63,567 nt of DNA, filler included, from Octopus bimaculoides (GCF_001194135.2; 4 parts of 3 records of this genome joined end to end with filler, not necessarily neighbours in it); one strand, 5' to 3'. Positions 12,080 to 25,987 are shown, numbered from the whole stretch's first letter. Program-made: numbers and translations. Notes: generated by a model not told the origin, from the sequence alone.

Positions 12080-12850
12080 AACTGGAAGAATCGTTAGCGC
12101 GACGAGCAAAATGCATAATAATATTTCATCCGTTTTTATAAGTTCTGAGTTCAAATTCCGCCTAGGTCAACCGTGATTTTCATCCTTTCGGGGACGAACA
12201 AATAAGTATCAGTCATGTACTGGTGTCGATGTAATCAACTAGCCTCCTCTCTTAAAATTTCAGACCTTGTCCCTATAGTAGAAAAGGTTTTTTTCTTTTT
12301 TAATTTTTAATGTGGCGCTGAAAGAATCGTTTTAAGCGTCAAACAAAATGCCATGTTGTATGTCTTCCGCTTCTTTCCATACTGCGTTCAAATCCCACCA
12401 AGTTAAACTTTGTCTTTTATCCCTTCGGGATCGGTAACATAAAGAACCAGTCGATTACTAGCATCGATTACATCGACTACCCGCCCATTCTTCTAAAACT
12501 CAAAATGCATTATTTCTTCCGAATTTAAGTGGGCGAGTTGGTAGAATCGTTAGCACGCCAGACGAAATGCTTAGCGGTATTTCGTCTGCCGTTAAGTTCT
12601 GAGTTCAAATTCCACCGAGGTCGACTTTGCCTTTCATCCTTTCGGGGTCGATAAATTAAGTACCAGTTACGCACTGGGGTCGATATAATCGACTTAATCC
12701 GTTTGTCTGTCCTTGTTTGTCTCCTCTGTGTGAAGCCCCTTGTGGGCAGTAAAGAAATAAGAATAAGTACCTGTTGACCACTGGCGTCGAAGTAATCGAC
12801 TTACCCCTCCTCCGGACGTGCTGGCCTTGTGCCAAAATGTGAAACCAATA
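12080..12850 (+). mobile_element. Three consecutive copies of tRNA-derived SINE family B (MetaSINE-like central core)
   Basis: Shared GAATCGTTAGCACGCC...GAGTTCAAAT...GACTTTGCCTTTCATCCTTTCGGGGTCGATAAATTAAGTACCAG. The core resembles, from recall, the MetaSINE domain (GCCTTTCATCCTT...GGTCGATAAAAT...AGTACC). Confidence 0.75.
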
Positions 12851-15800
12851 TACCCATATCAACTTCATCAAACGTACATTTTTTGTAAGGAGACACGTTT
12901 TATATCTAAATTCCATATAGCAAAAATTGCCACTTTGAATATCGAGTCAATCATTATAGACATAATCTCCATCCCCTCAACACACAAACACAAACAATGT
13001 TTTAATGAGCTTTACCATTCTCGAAGTTCCTGCATTAGCAATGATTTCGTTTGATTTGTGGCAAAGTAGAGATTTAGAAGGAAGGAAGAAATATAGTCGA
13101 TCGTATCAAATGCAAATATATTATAGCTACTTATAATTTCGACCCAGGAGGGATGAAAAAAGGGAGAGAAAACTACTGCGAGGTTTGAATTTCGAATAGC
13201 AAGATGGCGAACTATAAGCATTTTTATAATCCTGCGTTCCTGCGTAAGTGATGTCATTTCGTAATGCAGAATTGCAGAATATTCCATATTTTAAGAGTAG
13301 TGTTGTTGTTTTCTCATTATTTTTGTTCCGTGTCACTAAAGGGAGAGATTGAGAACGAGAGAGACAGAGTGGGACGAAGAGAGAGGGAGTTTAAAGAGAG
13401 ACAATAATTACAGAAATAGATAGATAGATAGATAGATATGGGTAGAAAGGGAGAGAGAGGAGGGAGTAACGAAAGAGAAAGCAGAAGAATAGAAGAAAGT
13501 GAAGAGAATATTATCCCTTATTGGATTATTAGATAAAGAAAAGGGGAGAGAGGGAAAGTTAGTAGTAATAATTAGAGGGGTTGTAACAACCAGACAGACA
13601 GACAAAACATCAACAAAAAGAAGCAACGAAATTAACAGCAAATAAGGAGCGTTGAAAGAATAAGTGCCGGGGAAAGCAATGGATATGGAAATAGATGAGA
13701 ATGGTAAACAAATGTGTTGGTCTGTGGGAGGGAAGCTTAGTTTAGTCTGTATTTATGCAAAAGAACACTCTAGTTAACTATAATTAGAGGAGAACCTAAG
13801 AGCTGAGCTAATGGTAGACTGCGACGCAATATTGTGCCTTATTTCCAACAGACAATATTATAATACATACTCCATTTTGTAGCCCCTTACCGTAATTATT
13901 CTGTTTTTGCTTTGTTTATTAGTTTGTTGCTTTGTTTTCGTTTGTTTCTTTTATATTTTGAGGGGGGTTTTTTTCTGTTTTGCTTTTGCTTTTTTCTCCT
14001 GTTCACACTACCGTTGGTTTAGTACCAACCGGAAGAAAAAGAATCAGCTAACAATGTTTCTTTGATATCTCATACAATTATAACAATGACACGGATTACT
14101 GCCTAAATAAATACAAGCACACATACAGACACGTGCACACGAAAATGCGTGTGTGTATTTATATATATATANNNNNNNNNNNNNNNNNNNNNNNNNNNNN
14201 NNNNNNNNNNNNNNNNNNNNNNNNNNNNNNNNNNNNNNNNNNNNNNNNNNNNNNNNNNNNNNNNNNNNNNNNNNNNNNNNNNNNNNNNNNNNNNNNNNNN
14301 NNNNNNNNNNNNNNNNNNNNNNNNNNNNNNNNNNNNNNNNNNNNNNNNNNNNNNNNNNNNNNNNNNNNNNNNNNNNNNNNNNNNNNNNNNNNNNNNNNNN
14401 NNNNNNNNNNNNNNNNNNNNNNNNNNNNNNNNNNNNNNNNNNNNNNNNNNNNNNNNNNNNNNNNNNNNNNNNNNNNNNNNNNNNNNNNNNNNNNNNNNNN
14501 NNNNNNNNNNNNNNNNNNNNNNNNNNNNNNNNNNNNNNNNNNNNNNNNNNNNNNNNNNNNNNNNNNNNNNNNNNNNNNNNNNNNNNNNNNNNNNNNNNNN
14601 NNNNNNNNNNNNNNNNNNNNNNNNNNNNNNNNNNNNNNNNNNNNNNNNNNNNNNNNNNNNNNNNNNNNNNNNNNNNNNNNNNNNNNNNNNNNNNNNNNNN
14701 NNNNNNNNNNNNNNNNNNNNNNNNNNNNNNNNNNNNNNNNNNNNNNNNNNNNNNNNNNNNNNNNNNNNNNNNNNNNNNNNNNNNNNNNNNNNNNNNNNNN
14801 NNNNNNNNNNNNNNNNNNNNNNNNNNNNNNNNNNNNNNNNNNNNNNNNNNNNNNNNNNNNNNNNNNNNNNNNNNNNNNNNNNNNNNNNNNNNNNNNNNNN
14901 NNNNNNNNNNNNNNNNNNNNNNNNNNNNATATATATATATATATATACGACCGGTTTCCACACAGTTTGGGCCAGCTAAATTCACTCGCAAGAGATTGTC
15001 GGTTCGATGCTATACTAGAAGTCAAAAGCACAAGGTTTCGCGCAGTAATATTGAATCCGAAGTCCTATAGTTGCAAGCTTATTAACTAACAGCCATGCAT
15101 ATGTAATTCTTTTTGTTTGTTTTTTCTTCTAATGTATTAATGTTATTAAAAGGGCTGCATCCATGTTCGATCACATCAACCCAAATACACATTTTACCCA
15201 GGTTCCTATTTTATCCTTGACCATTTATTCAATATCTAAGTTACCTTATGCAATAGAAGTACGCAATTTACCATTCCAACAGAAAGTAAATAAGCAAAAT
15301 CCTGACTAGTTTAATAACGATAAAATGGTGCCCATACTTGCAATATGTATTTCATAATATTTCATAATTTCTCTCTTATTTCTGTATTGGTTTCAAATTT
15401 TGTCACGAGGCCAACAAGTTCAGAATAGAAGTAAGTCGATTACATCGGCCCCAGGGCTCAACTGGTACTTATTTTATCGACCCCTATCACCCACAGTAAA
15501 AGGATGAAAGGTAGAGTCGATCGCGGACAGTTTTGAACTCAGAACGCAAAGACGGACGAAATGCCGCTTAGCATTTGGCTCGGTGTGCTAACGAATCGGC
15601 CATTTCACCGTTTTCTCTTGTTTGTATATTAAAACCCATCTACAATTTATTTACTCCAGTGTAAAGCGGCGAGATGGCAAAGATGTTAGCACGCCGGGCC
15701 AAATGCTAAGCGGAATTTCGTCCGTTTTTACGTTCTGAGTTCAAATTCCGCCGAGGTCGACTTTGCCTTTCATCCTTTCAAAGGTTCGATAAATTAAATA

Positions 15801-16897
15801 CCANNNNNNNNNNNNNNNNNNNNNNNNNNNNNNNNNNNNNNNNNNNNNNNNNNNNNNNNNNNNNNNNNNNNNNNNNNNNNNNNNNNNNNNNNNNNNNNNN
15901 NNNNNNNNNNNNNNNNNNNNNNNNNNNNNNNNNNNNNNNNNNNNNNNNNNNNNNNNNNNNNNNNNNNNNNNNNNNNNNNNNNNNNNNNNNNNNNNNNNNN
16001 NNNNNNNNNNNNNNNNNNNNNNNNNNNNNNNNNNNNNNNNNNNNNNNNNNNNNNNNNNNNNNNNNNNNNNNNNNNNNNNNNNNNNNNNNNNNNNNNNNNN
16101 NNNNNNNNNNNNNNNNNNNNNNNNNNNNNNNNNNNNNNNNNNNNNNNNNNNNNNNNNNNNNNNNNNNNNNNNNNNNNNNNNNNNNNNNNNNNNNNNNNNN
16201 NNNNNNNNNNNNNNNNNNNNNNNNNNNNNNNNNNNNNNNNNNNNNNNNNNNNNNNNNNNNNNNNNNNNNNNNNNNNNNNNNNNNNNNNNNNNNNNNNNNN
16301 NNNNNNNNNNNNNNNNNNNNNNNNNNNNNNNNNNNNNNNNNNNNNNNNNNNNNNNNNNNNNNNNNNNNNNNNNNNNNNNNNNNNNNNNNNNNNNNNNNNN
16401 NNNNNNNNNNNNNNNNNNNNNNNNNNNNNNNNNNNNNNNNNNNNNNNNNNNNNNNNNNNNNNNNNNNNNNNNNNNNNNNNNNNNNNNNNNNNNNNNNNNN
16501 NNNNNNNNNNNNNNNNNNNNNNNNNNNNNNNNNNNNNNNNNNNNNNNNNNNNNNNNNNNNNNNNNNNNNNNNNNNNNNNNNNNNNNNNNNNNNNNNNNNN
16601 NNNNNNNNNNNNNNNNNNNNNNNNNNNNNNNNNNNNNNNNNNNNNNNNNNNNNNNNNNNNNNNNNNNNNNNNNNNNNNNNNNNNNNNNNNNNNNNNNNNN
16701 NNNNNNNNNNNNNNNNNNNNNNNNNNNNNNNNNNNNNNNNNNNNNNNNNNNNNNNNNNNNNNNNNNNNATGCTGGGGCAACACCTTGAATGGTTTTATCG
16801 AGTAAATCTATCCTAGTACTTATTTTTTGAAGCTGGTTCTTACTTCCTCAGTTTCTTTTGCCGATCTCTTAAGTATGGCGACGGAAACAAACCAGCA

Positions 16898-16949
<52 letters not shown>

Positions 16950-18429
16950 TCGTTTCTACTCTAGACACAAGGCCCAAAATTCTTGGGGATGGGTCCAGTC
17001 GATTAGATCAACCCCAGTACGCAAATTGTATTTAATTTATCGAAACCGAAAGGATGAAAGGCAAAGTCGACCTTGGCGGAATTCGAACTCAGAACGTAAA
17101 AACAGACGATATGCCGGTAAGCATTTCGCCTGGTGTGGTAGCGTATCTGCTAGCTCACCGCTACACACACACACACGCACACACACACACAGACATACAC
17201 ACATATATATATTAATTACCGTTGTTATAGTATAAGACACGCAAAGCGCTACACAGAGGGACTAAACTGGACCCAGAGCCATGGGGTTCAGAAACAAACT
17301 TCTTACCGCCAAGCCGTGTGTGTATTACTAACTGTTTCATGAAAATAATAACGATAATGATTTGTGACATTGCCGTAAAGCAAACCAATCTCGAACGCAT
17401 AGAGTCTCGCCGTGTTTTATTTATTATTTTTCTTGCCGAACCCGGAAGGATCGGCGTCAAATTTGAAAGAGTTTCATGGAGTTCCAACCACATCCTGTCA
17501 TTTTAAATGTAATTATAATAATTTGATTTTTATTTGCCATCAAGCTACAATCATCTGCATTATACGTGAATCATAAACAAAGATTTACAAAATGGCGAGG
17601 AACTAAAGATACACAAAGCAAAATTATATATTAAATAAGAGAAGGGGAAAGACTTTATACAATATACGAAACATGATGTTTATTGTTAATTACAAGAAAT
17701 AATTAATCGTATAGGTACAAATAGATATTGGCATAGCTAAAAGAGACATTAAGGATAACGCACAGATTCCCGAGTTAATCACGGCTCTCACAGCTTTGTC
17801 CATCTTGTTAAGTGTGGCATTCTTTTTCCAATTACATGGAATGGCTAAAGGGTTAGGTATACACAGATTCTTCGTTTTTGTATTTGGTTTACAAGTTTCT
17901 TGATGTGAATTTGTGTGTTCATACAATTTTTTTTTTAGTGTTTTGGGAAGGTCATTATGCTAATAACGATAAAATACACACAGGCTCAATTCCACTTCTT
18001 CTTAGTCACTAACTCACTGAATAAGTTGGGAACAGTGACGAAAGAACTTTGATTAACAAAAAAAAAACCGATTGATTGTTTAGCCTGTACATTAAACAAA
18101 CGATCGATTAGTTAGTCTTTTTGATATTTAAGCAAAATAACTAACAATGCAGTGCAATTGAACCCGTGATTGTGTTATTATTATTTGGCATAATGACTTT
18201 CCCAAGATACAATAAAATATACATAAATCTAGTTATAATTAATTTAAAGAGAAAACATTGCAGGGAAACACATAACCTCTTATTGAATGAAATCTCACCA
18301 AAAGTATGACCTTCCTGTAGATATTGAATGCAACTTGTTCCAAAAGATCCGGCCAGTATCTCATTTGTTGTAGCACTCAAGAAACGATCCATGTCTTGGA
18401 TACAAAATAAGCAGAGTTATGAATAGAAA

Positions 18430-18760
18430 AAAGAGAGACCCTCTTCGGTCGTGACTGGCCATGGGATTGCATCTAGAAAGTTCCATTTTGAGGCACAAAT
18501 CTGAACAAGGTTGTTTATGGAAGACCAGCAGTCACCCATGCATACAGACTTTCCTCTCCACGCCACTGATGAGAAAGAGAAAGGCAATGGCCGATACAGC
18601 TTGGCACCAGTGACGTTGCAACTCGTTTCTACAGCTGAGTGAACTGCTGCAACGTGAAATAAAGTGTCTTGCTCAAGAACACAACACACAGCCCGGTCCG
18701 GCAATCGAACTCACTACCTCATGATTGTGTTCCTGATACCTCTCTAACTACTGAGCTATG
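18430..18760 (-). mobile_element. tRNA-derived SINE family C (V-SINE-like TTGAGCAAGACACTT core)
   Basis: Reverse complement has the head GGTAGTGAGTTCGATTGCCGG, then TGTGTTCTTGAGCAAGACACTTTATTTCACG...CACTCAGCTGTAG; relics at about 3270-3510 and 20830-20940. Confidence 0.65.
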
Positions 18761-20328
18761 TATATAGCACTTAAAATTAATTTTCACGATCACCCTACTT
18801 TCTGTAGGCTCCAAAACCGGAGCTTTCAAATTTGAATAATTTTTTTATTTCCTTAAAATTTTCGAAGCGGGATTTGAACTCATAATGTAAAAATAAGAAG
18901 AAATAAAAAGGCATAACTACCAGAATGTTTATTTTATTCATTAAGCTATTCTACTGATTGGCCCTCTTCCCAATATAATGATTACTAGCTAATAAGTAAT
19001 GTCTCGTGTCATAGAGCTGGTTACACGTGAATCGAAACCACGATCCGACGAGTGCAATACTCCTCACCACTAACCTATGCATTAAAGGTTTGTAAGTCCG
19101 TGGCACTTTGTTATGCAAACACAATATACTCCGATCTCATTGCTTGTTTGCATCTGACCCAGTTCGTAACTGGTACTTAATTTATCGACCCCCCGAAAGG
19201 ATGAAGGGCAAAGTTGGCTTGGGCGGAATCTGAACTCAGAACATAACGGCAGACGAAATACCGTTAAGCCGTTCGACCGGCGTGCTAAAGTTTCTGCCAG
19301 CTCGCTGTTTTCAGAAATAAATAAATGTTAATTTAATATATTTTTCCTCTTCTGCTTGCCATTCCAGTTTCCTCCCCATAATTTTGTCACAAAATGGTGC
19401 ATTTCTAATAAAGATTTGTAACAATGACTGTAAGCTGCGCATTCCGTGAGAATGAATACATGATCCTATTCACCTCTTCATTTGACGGGTATCTGTTTTA
19501 ACGAATTCAGCATGATAAGCGGTAAAGCCAATGCGCGATTTGAACTTATAATGTGAAAAAAGAAGAAAAGAAGACATAACTACCAGATTTGTCCGTCTGC
19601 TTACTCTTATAATGATTGCAAGTTAATAAGTAATGTCACGTGTCCTAGGACTCTTAGAGCCGGTTATACGTGAATCGAAACTACGATCCGACGATAGCTT
19701 ATGCGATGTGTCTTCATTCAATGGTGGTTACTAAAACAGGAATAAAGCCACAAATTTTAAGGTTGAGTAAACAGTGAGTTAAAATCAACCATGTTTTTAA
19801 CTGGTGCTTTCATTTATCGACACCCGAAAGAATGAGACATAAAAACGGTCCCGGCGGGATTTGAACACAGAATGCAAATTGACCTAACTAATTATAGCAA
19901 ATCATTTTTGCCAGCTATTCTACTAATTCTGCCGATCCACAAACCTCTGTTATAGGGAAGTAACAACAACGAAAACAAAAGCTAAATTTCAACGAGAGTG
20001 CTGCGTTAAAAGGGACACACGTGGTGGTATTTAATGTAAGCTGGATGACACGTGTGAGTGAAAAGTTAAAGAGATTTGACAACGAACCAAAATTAGAACA
20101 TATTTATTTTATTTATTGTTTTTCTATTAATGTTATTCATTTTTAGCTATTTTAATTTCTTAAATTGAAAAAAAAAAAACCAAGTATTTCATGCAACCCT
20201 TGATCTGAAAATCCTTTATCATTAATTTCATTAATGTCTTCCTGTTAATAATTGGCATTGTTTCACAATACTTCCTTACATTATTTTAATAAATACCAAA
20301 ATACGCTAAAATATACATACATACGTAC

Positions 20329-20360
<32 letters not shown>

Positions 20361-20499
20361 TGTTGTTGTTGTTGTGTGTGTGTGATAACTACGATAGTTA
20401 ACATGAGAGAAACTCTCATATGGATTTTGGGCGCATATAAACACTCGTGTTTACATCACTAGCGGGAGATAAATAAACCGTCATCGCCACCGCCGAGAT

Positions 20500-20544
20500 T
20501 ACCAGATCACGTGATTTCGGCCTTCCTTCGCCTTGTCAGTGGTA
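20500..20544 (-). ncRNA. Hammerhead-like fold with G8>A core change (degenerate or variant)
   Basis: Minus strand UACCA-CUGACAA-GGC-GAAGGAAG-GCC-GAA-AUCACGUGAU-C^UGGUA: 5-bp stem I, 3-bp stem II, 10-nt palindromic stem III, AUC triplet. Core reads CUGACAA instead of CUGANGA. Confidence 0.5.
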
Positions 20545-20938
20545 GACGTTCGACAACTGGAAATAGAAGTGATACCTTCGTGAGCGATATACATAGAATC
20601 TCAGTGCTTAATCAGACACTAATATCGCGAATAGACAGCGAGCTTATAGAAAACGTATTTTATATATATATACAGGATAAGGTTTCTTATCGAGTTGAAT
20701 TATATAGATTCCTTGGGTCGGTTTCCTGGATACCCTGGTGCCTGGCGTATATACATTTCACCATCCTGGACGAGACGCTGGGTCTTCAGAGGAATACTCA
20801 TTTTGCCATATGAGTGGACTGGAATAACGTGAAAGTAAGTGTTTTGCTAAAGAAGACAGCACGTCGCCCAGTCCAGGAATCGAAAACACAATCTCACGAT
20901 CATGAGTCCAACACCCTAACCACTAAGCCACATGCCTC

Positions 20939-20985
<47 letters not shown>

Positions 20986-21190
20986 GAGTGTGTGTTGGAA
21001 CAATATTATAAATGCTGCGTGAGTCGGTATTCTACACCGAATAAAAAAATTCTCGAACGCAGTATAGCAACTTCTTTCCGTATTCTAAAAGGTATTTACT
21101 CGATCTTCTTAGCTGTCTTCACAATCACTCTGCATGCGCATGTTCCTTATTTTCTGTAGCATGGATTATATACTTGTTTCTTTCTGTGTT

Positions 21191-21225
21191 CCTTTCTGTG
21201 GAAGAGCGTAGCCTCGAAACGTTAA
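21191..21225 (+). ncRNA. Hammerhead-like fold with A6>U core change, truncated by gap
   Basis: CCUUU-CUGUGGA-A-GAG-CGUAGC-CUC-GAAA-CGUU^AA(N). A second, more decayed copy at 27431-27467 supplies the complementary changes (GAGC/GCUC stem II, AAAG stem I). Confidence 0.4.
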
Positions 21226-22001
21226 NNNNNNNNNNNNNNNNNNNNNNNNNNNNNNNNNNNNNNNNNNNNNNNNNNNNNNNNNNNNNNNNNNNNNNNNNNN
21301 NNNNNNNNNNNNNNNNNNNNNNNNNNNNNNNNNNNNNNNNNNNNNNNNNNNNNNNNNNNNNNNNNNNNNNNNNNNNNNNNNNNNNNNNNNNNNNNNNNNN
21401 NNNNNNNNNNNNNNNNNNNNNNNNNNNNNNNNNNNNNNNNNNNNNNNNNNNNNNNNNNNNNNNNNNNNNNNNNNNNNNNNNNNNNNNNNNNNNNNNNNNN
21501 NNNNNNNNNNNNNNNNNNNNNNNNNNNNNNNNNNNNNNNNNNNNNNNNNNNNNNNNNNNNNNNNNNNNNNNNNNNNNNNNNNNNNNNNNNNNNNNNNNNN
21601 NNNNNNNNNNNNNNNNNNNNNNNNNNNNNNNNNNNNNNNNNNNNNNNNNNNNNNNNNNNNNNNNNNNNNNNNNNNNNNNNNNNNNNNNNNNNNNNNNNNN
21701 NNNNNNNNNNNNNNNNNNNNNNNNNNNNNNNNNNNNNNNNNNNNNNNNNNNNNNNNNNNNNNNNNNNNNNNNNNNNNNNNNNNNNNNNNNNNNNNNNNNN
21801 NNNNNNNNNNNNNNNNNNNNNNNNNNNNNNNNNNNNNNNNNNNNNNNNNNNNNNNNNNNNNNNNNNNNNNNNNNNNNNNNNNNNNNNGATTCTGTTGGCT
21901 AATAAGCTTCATTATTCAGTACTGTTACTGTATACCTCACGCTGAGAGATTCAAAACAAGTTGTTTTTCTGTGTGTGTGTGTGTGTGTGGGTGTGGGTGT
22001 G

Positions 22002-22041
<40 letters not shown>

Positions 22042-23768
22042 AGTGTATGTGTGTGTGTACATACACGTTAACTTGCACACAATTTCCGGATACTAAATTA
22101 CTGCACATGACATTGGTCTGCCCGGGGAAATGAAAAGAGAGCCGCCTCAAGTGCCGCACAGTGGAACTAGACACAAAACCATGTGATTGCCAAGCAAATG
22201 TCCTAACAGCAGAGATTTGCCTGCGCCTAATAAATGTATAGTGACTGTACTTTATGATGCTGAATACGATGCAATTAGCATGACTAGGTCAAGGAAAAAT
22301 GTCGACGTAAAGTTTCATGGAAGCAGTGAAGGTTTTTCTTTATTCCATTTGGTGAACCTGGAGAAAAACTCAGATCCAAATACCATTGGAGGCCCTATGG
22401 GACTAGTGTGAGTGATCAGTTTAATGTTTCGTTTAATATGGCAATATCTGTGGGAAAGACATGAGCAAGAAGAAGACATCAGAAACTGGATGCACAAAGG
22501 GTGCCGAGAGATCGAGGGAACGAGAGATCGAGAGATCGAGGGATCGAGAGATCTAAAGACGAGTAGGTCCGATGTGCCTGAGCGAAAGCAAGGCCCGTAA
22601 GGGTGAGGATATTATCGTTGGTTCCAGGTTTCCTCATTGAGTGTGAAGTTTACTGTGGAGTGAAGTGTGGTATAATATCCATGTGAGTGGGCATACTTGC
22701 AGGAAGTGTATGAAGGATAACAAAACGCGTAAGAAACGAAACTGCACCCTGGAACAGACCATATCTGACAGAGTGTGGGTCAGAAATAGAGGGAATGACA
22801 GAAAGATGGAAGAGAGAGAGAGTGAGAGAGAGAGAGGGGGAGAGAGAGAATGGGGGGGGGAGATACGTTGACTTGTTAATAGTCAAGTATACGACATCTT
22901 TGTACTGTAGGCGAGTGTAATTTTATTACACAGTGGAAACATATGACTGATTTATTTGTGTCAACGATTAATATTTTATAATTTGAATAATGATCAAACA
23001 GATTTGTACCTCAGACTTTAGCACATACAGCGTTTGGCAGGCAGTAGGTCAGTCACGACTAGACGTGAGAACAAAATCAGTTACCATATATANNNNNNNN
23101 NNNNNNNNNNNNNNNNNNNNNNNNNNNNNNNNNNNNNNNNNNNNNNNNNNNNNNNNNNNNNNNNNNNNNNNNNNNNNNNNNNNNNNNNNNNNNNNNNNNN
23201 NNNNNNNNNNNNNNNNNNNNNNNNNNNNNNNNNNNNNNNNNNNNNNNNNNNNNNNNNNNNNNNNNNNNNNNNNNNNNNNNNNNNNNNNNNNNNNNNNNNN
23301 NNNNNNNNNNNNNNNNNNNNNNNNNNNNNNNNNNNNNNNNNNNNNNNNNNNNNNNNNNNNNNNNNNNNNNNNNNNNNNNNNNNNNNNNNNNNNNNNNNNN
23401 NNNNNNNNNNNNNNNNNNNNNNNNNNNNNNNNNNNNNNNNNNNNNNNNNNNNNNNNNNNNNNNNNNNNNNNNNNNNNNNNNNNNNNNNNNNNNNNNNNNN
23501 NNNNNNNNNNNNNNNNNNNNNNNNNNNNNNNNNNNNNNNNNNNNNNNNNNNNNNNNNNNNNNNNNNNNNNNNNNNNNNNNNNNNNNNNNNNNNNNNNNNN
23601 NNNNNNNNNNNNNNNNNNNNNNNNNNNNNNNNNNNNNNNNNNNNNNNNNNNNNNNNNNNNNNNNNNNNNNNNNNNNNNNNNNNNNNNNNNNNNNNNNNNN
23701 NNNNNNNNNNNNNNNNNNNNNNNNNNNNNNNNNNNNNNNNNNNNNNNNNNNNNNNNNNNNNNNNNNNN

Positions 23769-23806
<38 letters not shown>

Positions 23807-25599
23807 CGCACGTTTTGACTTAGTCTGCTGTCTATGTACTGCCGCCATACTGGGCCACCGCATTGAAGTAGCTTATTCAATCATCAAATACATGTACGCG
23901 TATATATATATACCAGTATATATCCTGTGTTATAAATATGTGTACGTATGGGTGTATGTGCGCAAGCATGTTTGTATATGTGTGTGCGTGTGTTTTCTCA
24001 CATGAATAACATTTTTTATTTATAGCTTATTAGTTTCAGACGTAAATACAAAAAAAAAAATGTGTGGAAAGATGCTCGTTTGGAGAGAATAAAAAAAGCG
24101 ACGCTGCCTTAAATCTCTGTGGAACGTAGGACAATGTATAAAGCTTCATACATGAAACGCTATTACGACATACTACGAAGCATATATGTGCGTGTGCGCG
24201 TGACTGTATACATACATACATACATAGCCTAACATATACAACGCCATTTTGTCATTCATTATTGCTGATGAAGGCAGAATTATGGCCGCCATTAGCCCCG
24301 TGTTTCACTAGCAGACGTGAAATGACAAACTTAGTGCATTGCGTTCCAAGTCTAATTAATGTGATGATAATTAACCTTAATGTCCGTTATTTAATCTACG
24401 ATCTCTCAAATTCAAAAATCAATACGTGTGTCATATTGTTTCTTCATCTGCATTGTGAGGTGAGAATAAATATCTTTCTTTCACACTTGCTGCAATGATC
24501 TTGCCCATTATCACTCTGTCTTATTCTCTCTCCACGTGGCAGGCTTAATAATTGTTGACAGACATTTTTTTCTAAGCATGAAACCCACGGTAGCCTCGTT
24601 GACCTACATATAAAGCACACACATTCTCTTTCTTTTTCTCTCTCCCTCTCTCTCTCTTACCTACGCACACACACGCTCTCTCTTTCTCACACACATACAC
24701 ACATGTTAATGAACGTCGAAAGAACAGGGATTACATGACTATCATTAGCTTACAGCTGTTTCGGCTATGAAAAGCATTATACTCAGAGCTATGTGTTTGT
24801 ACGATATTTTAAAGTTTCTCGGAGCCATTCAAAATGAAGTGTATATATATTGTGTAGTGCATGTTTGTGGCATTTAAATAGATTCGTTCCAAACACGAAG
24901 TATTTAAATGCTTTCTGCAATAAACACACTCTATTTCAATGTCTCAGAAGGAGCTATAAGATACTCTAAGTACAATGCTTTCTATAGTAGAACCAGAAGA
25001 AAACAGAAAAAAATTCATTGTGGGGGAAAATAGTAAATATTAAAAAGGGAAATGTACTGAAAAAATATATTTATGAAATAAAATGTCGACATAGCCAACC
25101 AGTTTCGCGGACCTTCTATGCATATTTTGCTTGTACCATATTAATTCACAAAGATGGATGCGAATATAAGGCAGAAGATACCTACCCAAGGTGCCGTACA
25201 GTAGGGCTGAACCCAAAACATTTGGTCGCAAAGCAAGCTTTTTAACCACGCAGCTATGACTACGCCTATTCTATTTAATTACCATTTTATTTTATTTTTA
25301 AGTTTTCCTTTTAACTATTCTTTTTTTAGTTCATAAATTTAATGAAATCATGTTCAGAGAACAGCCATGTATTTCATTGGTAAATGTGTTTATTATTGTT
25401 TGTTAAGCCATTTATTTGGCAACTAGCTAAAATGTCTGCTTTTTAACGGAATAACAGAATCAAACAAGGCGATTCAACACGAGAGCCGCTGTCCAAATAG
25501 GAAAGATAATATGGAAAAATGATGGCCGTGTGATTGTTGTTTGTTGTCCATGTTAGGCTGTAGAGAGATCAATGCAGACAACAGCAATGGAAGTTTTTA

Positions 25600-25987
25600 A
25601 TATATCATCATCATCATCGTCGCTGTTGTTGTCGTCGCCGTCGTGGTGGTGTTCGTTGTGGCAATCATTACCATTATAATCATCGTTGAGGTCGTCGCCG
25701 TCGGCTTCAACATCAACGACGTCGTCGTCGTCGTCGTCGTCGACGTCATCATCATCACCATCACCATCACCACAAACACTACTATTATTATCATCATTAT
25801 CATCGTCACTACCACCATCATGATCATCATGATCATCATCATTACCACCACCACCACCACCACCACCACCACCACNNNNNNNNNNNNNNNNNNNNCATGA
25901 TGATCATCATCATCATCACCATTGCCGTGTCCGTCGTCATCATCACCACCATCAATATATGCAGCAGTAATAGTAGCAGCAACGACG

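Noticed and set aside
20710-20800. Possible second hammerhead (AUUCCU-CUGAAGA...GGAAACCGACC...AGGAAU) in the 20.4-20.8 kb element
   Set aside because: No clean stem II and no NUH triplet.
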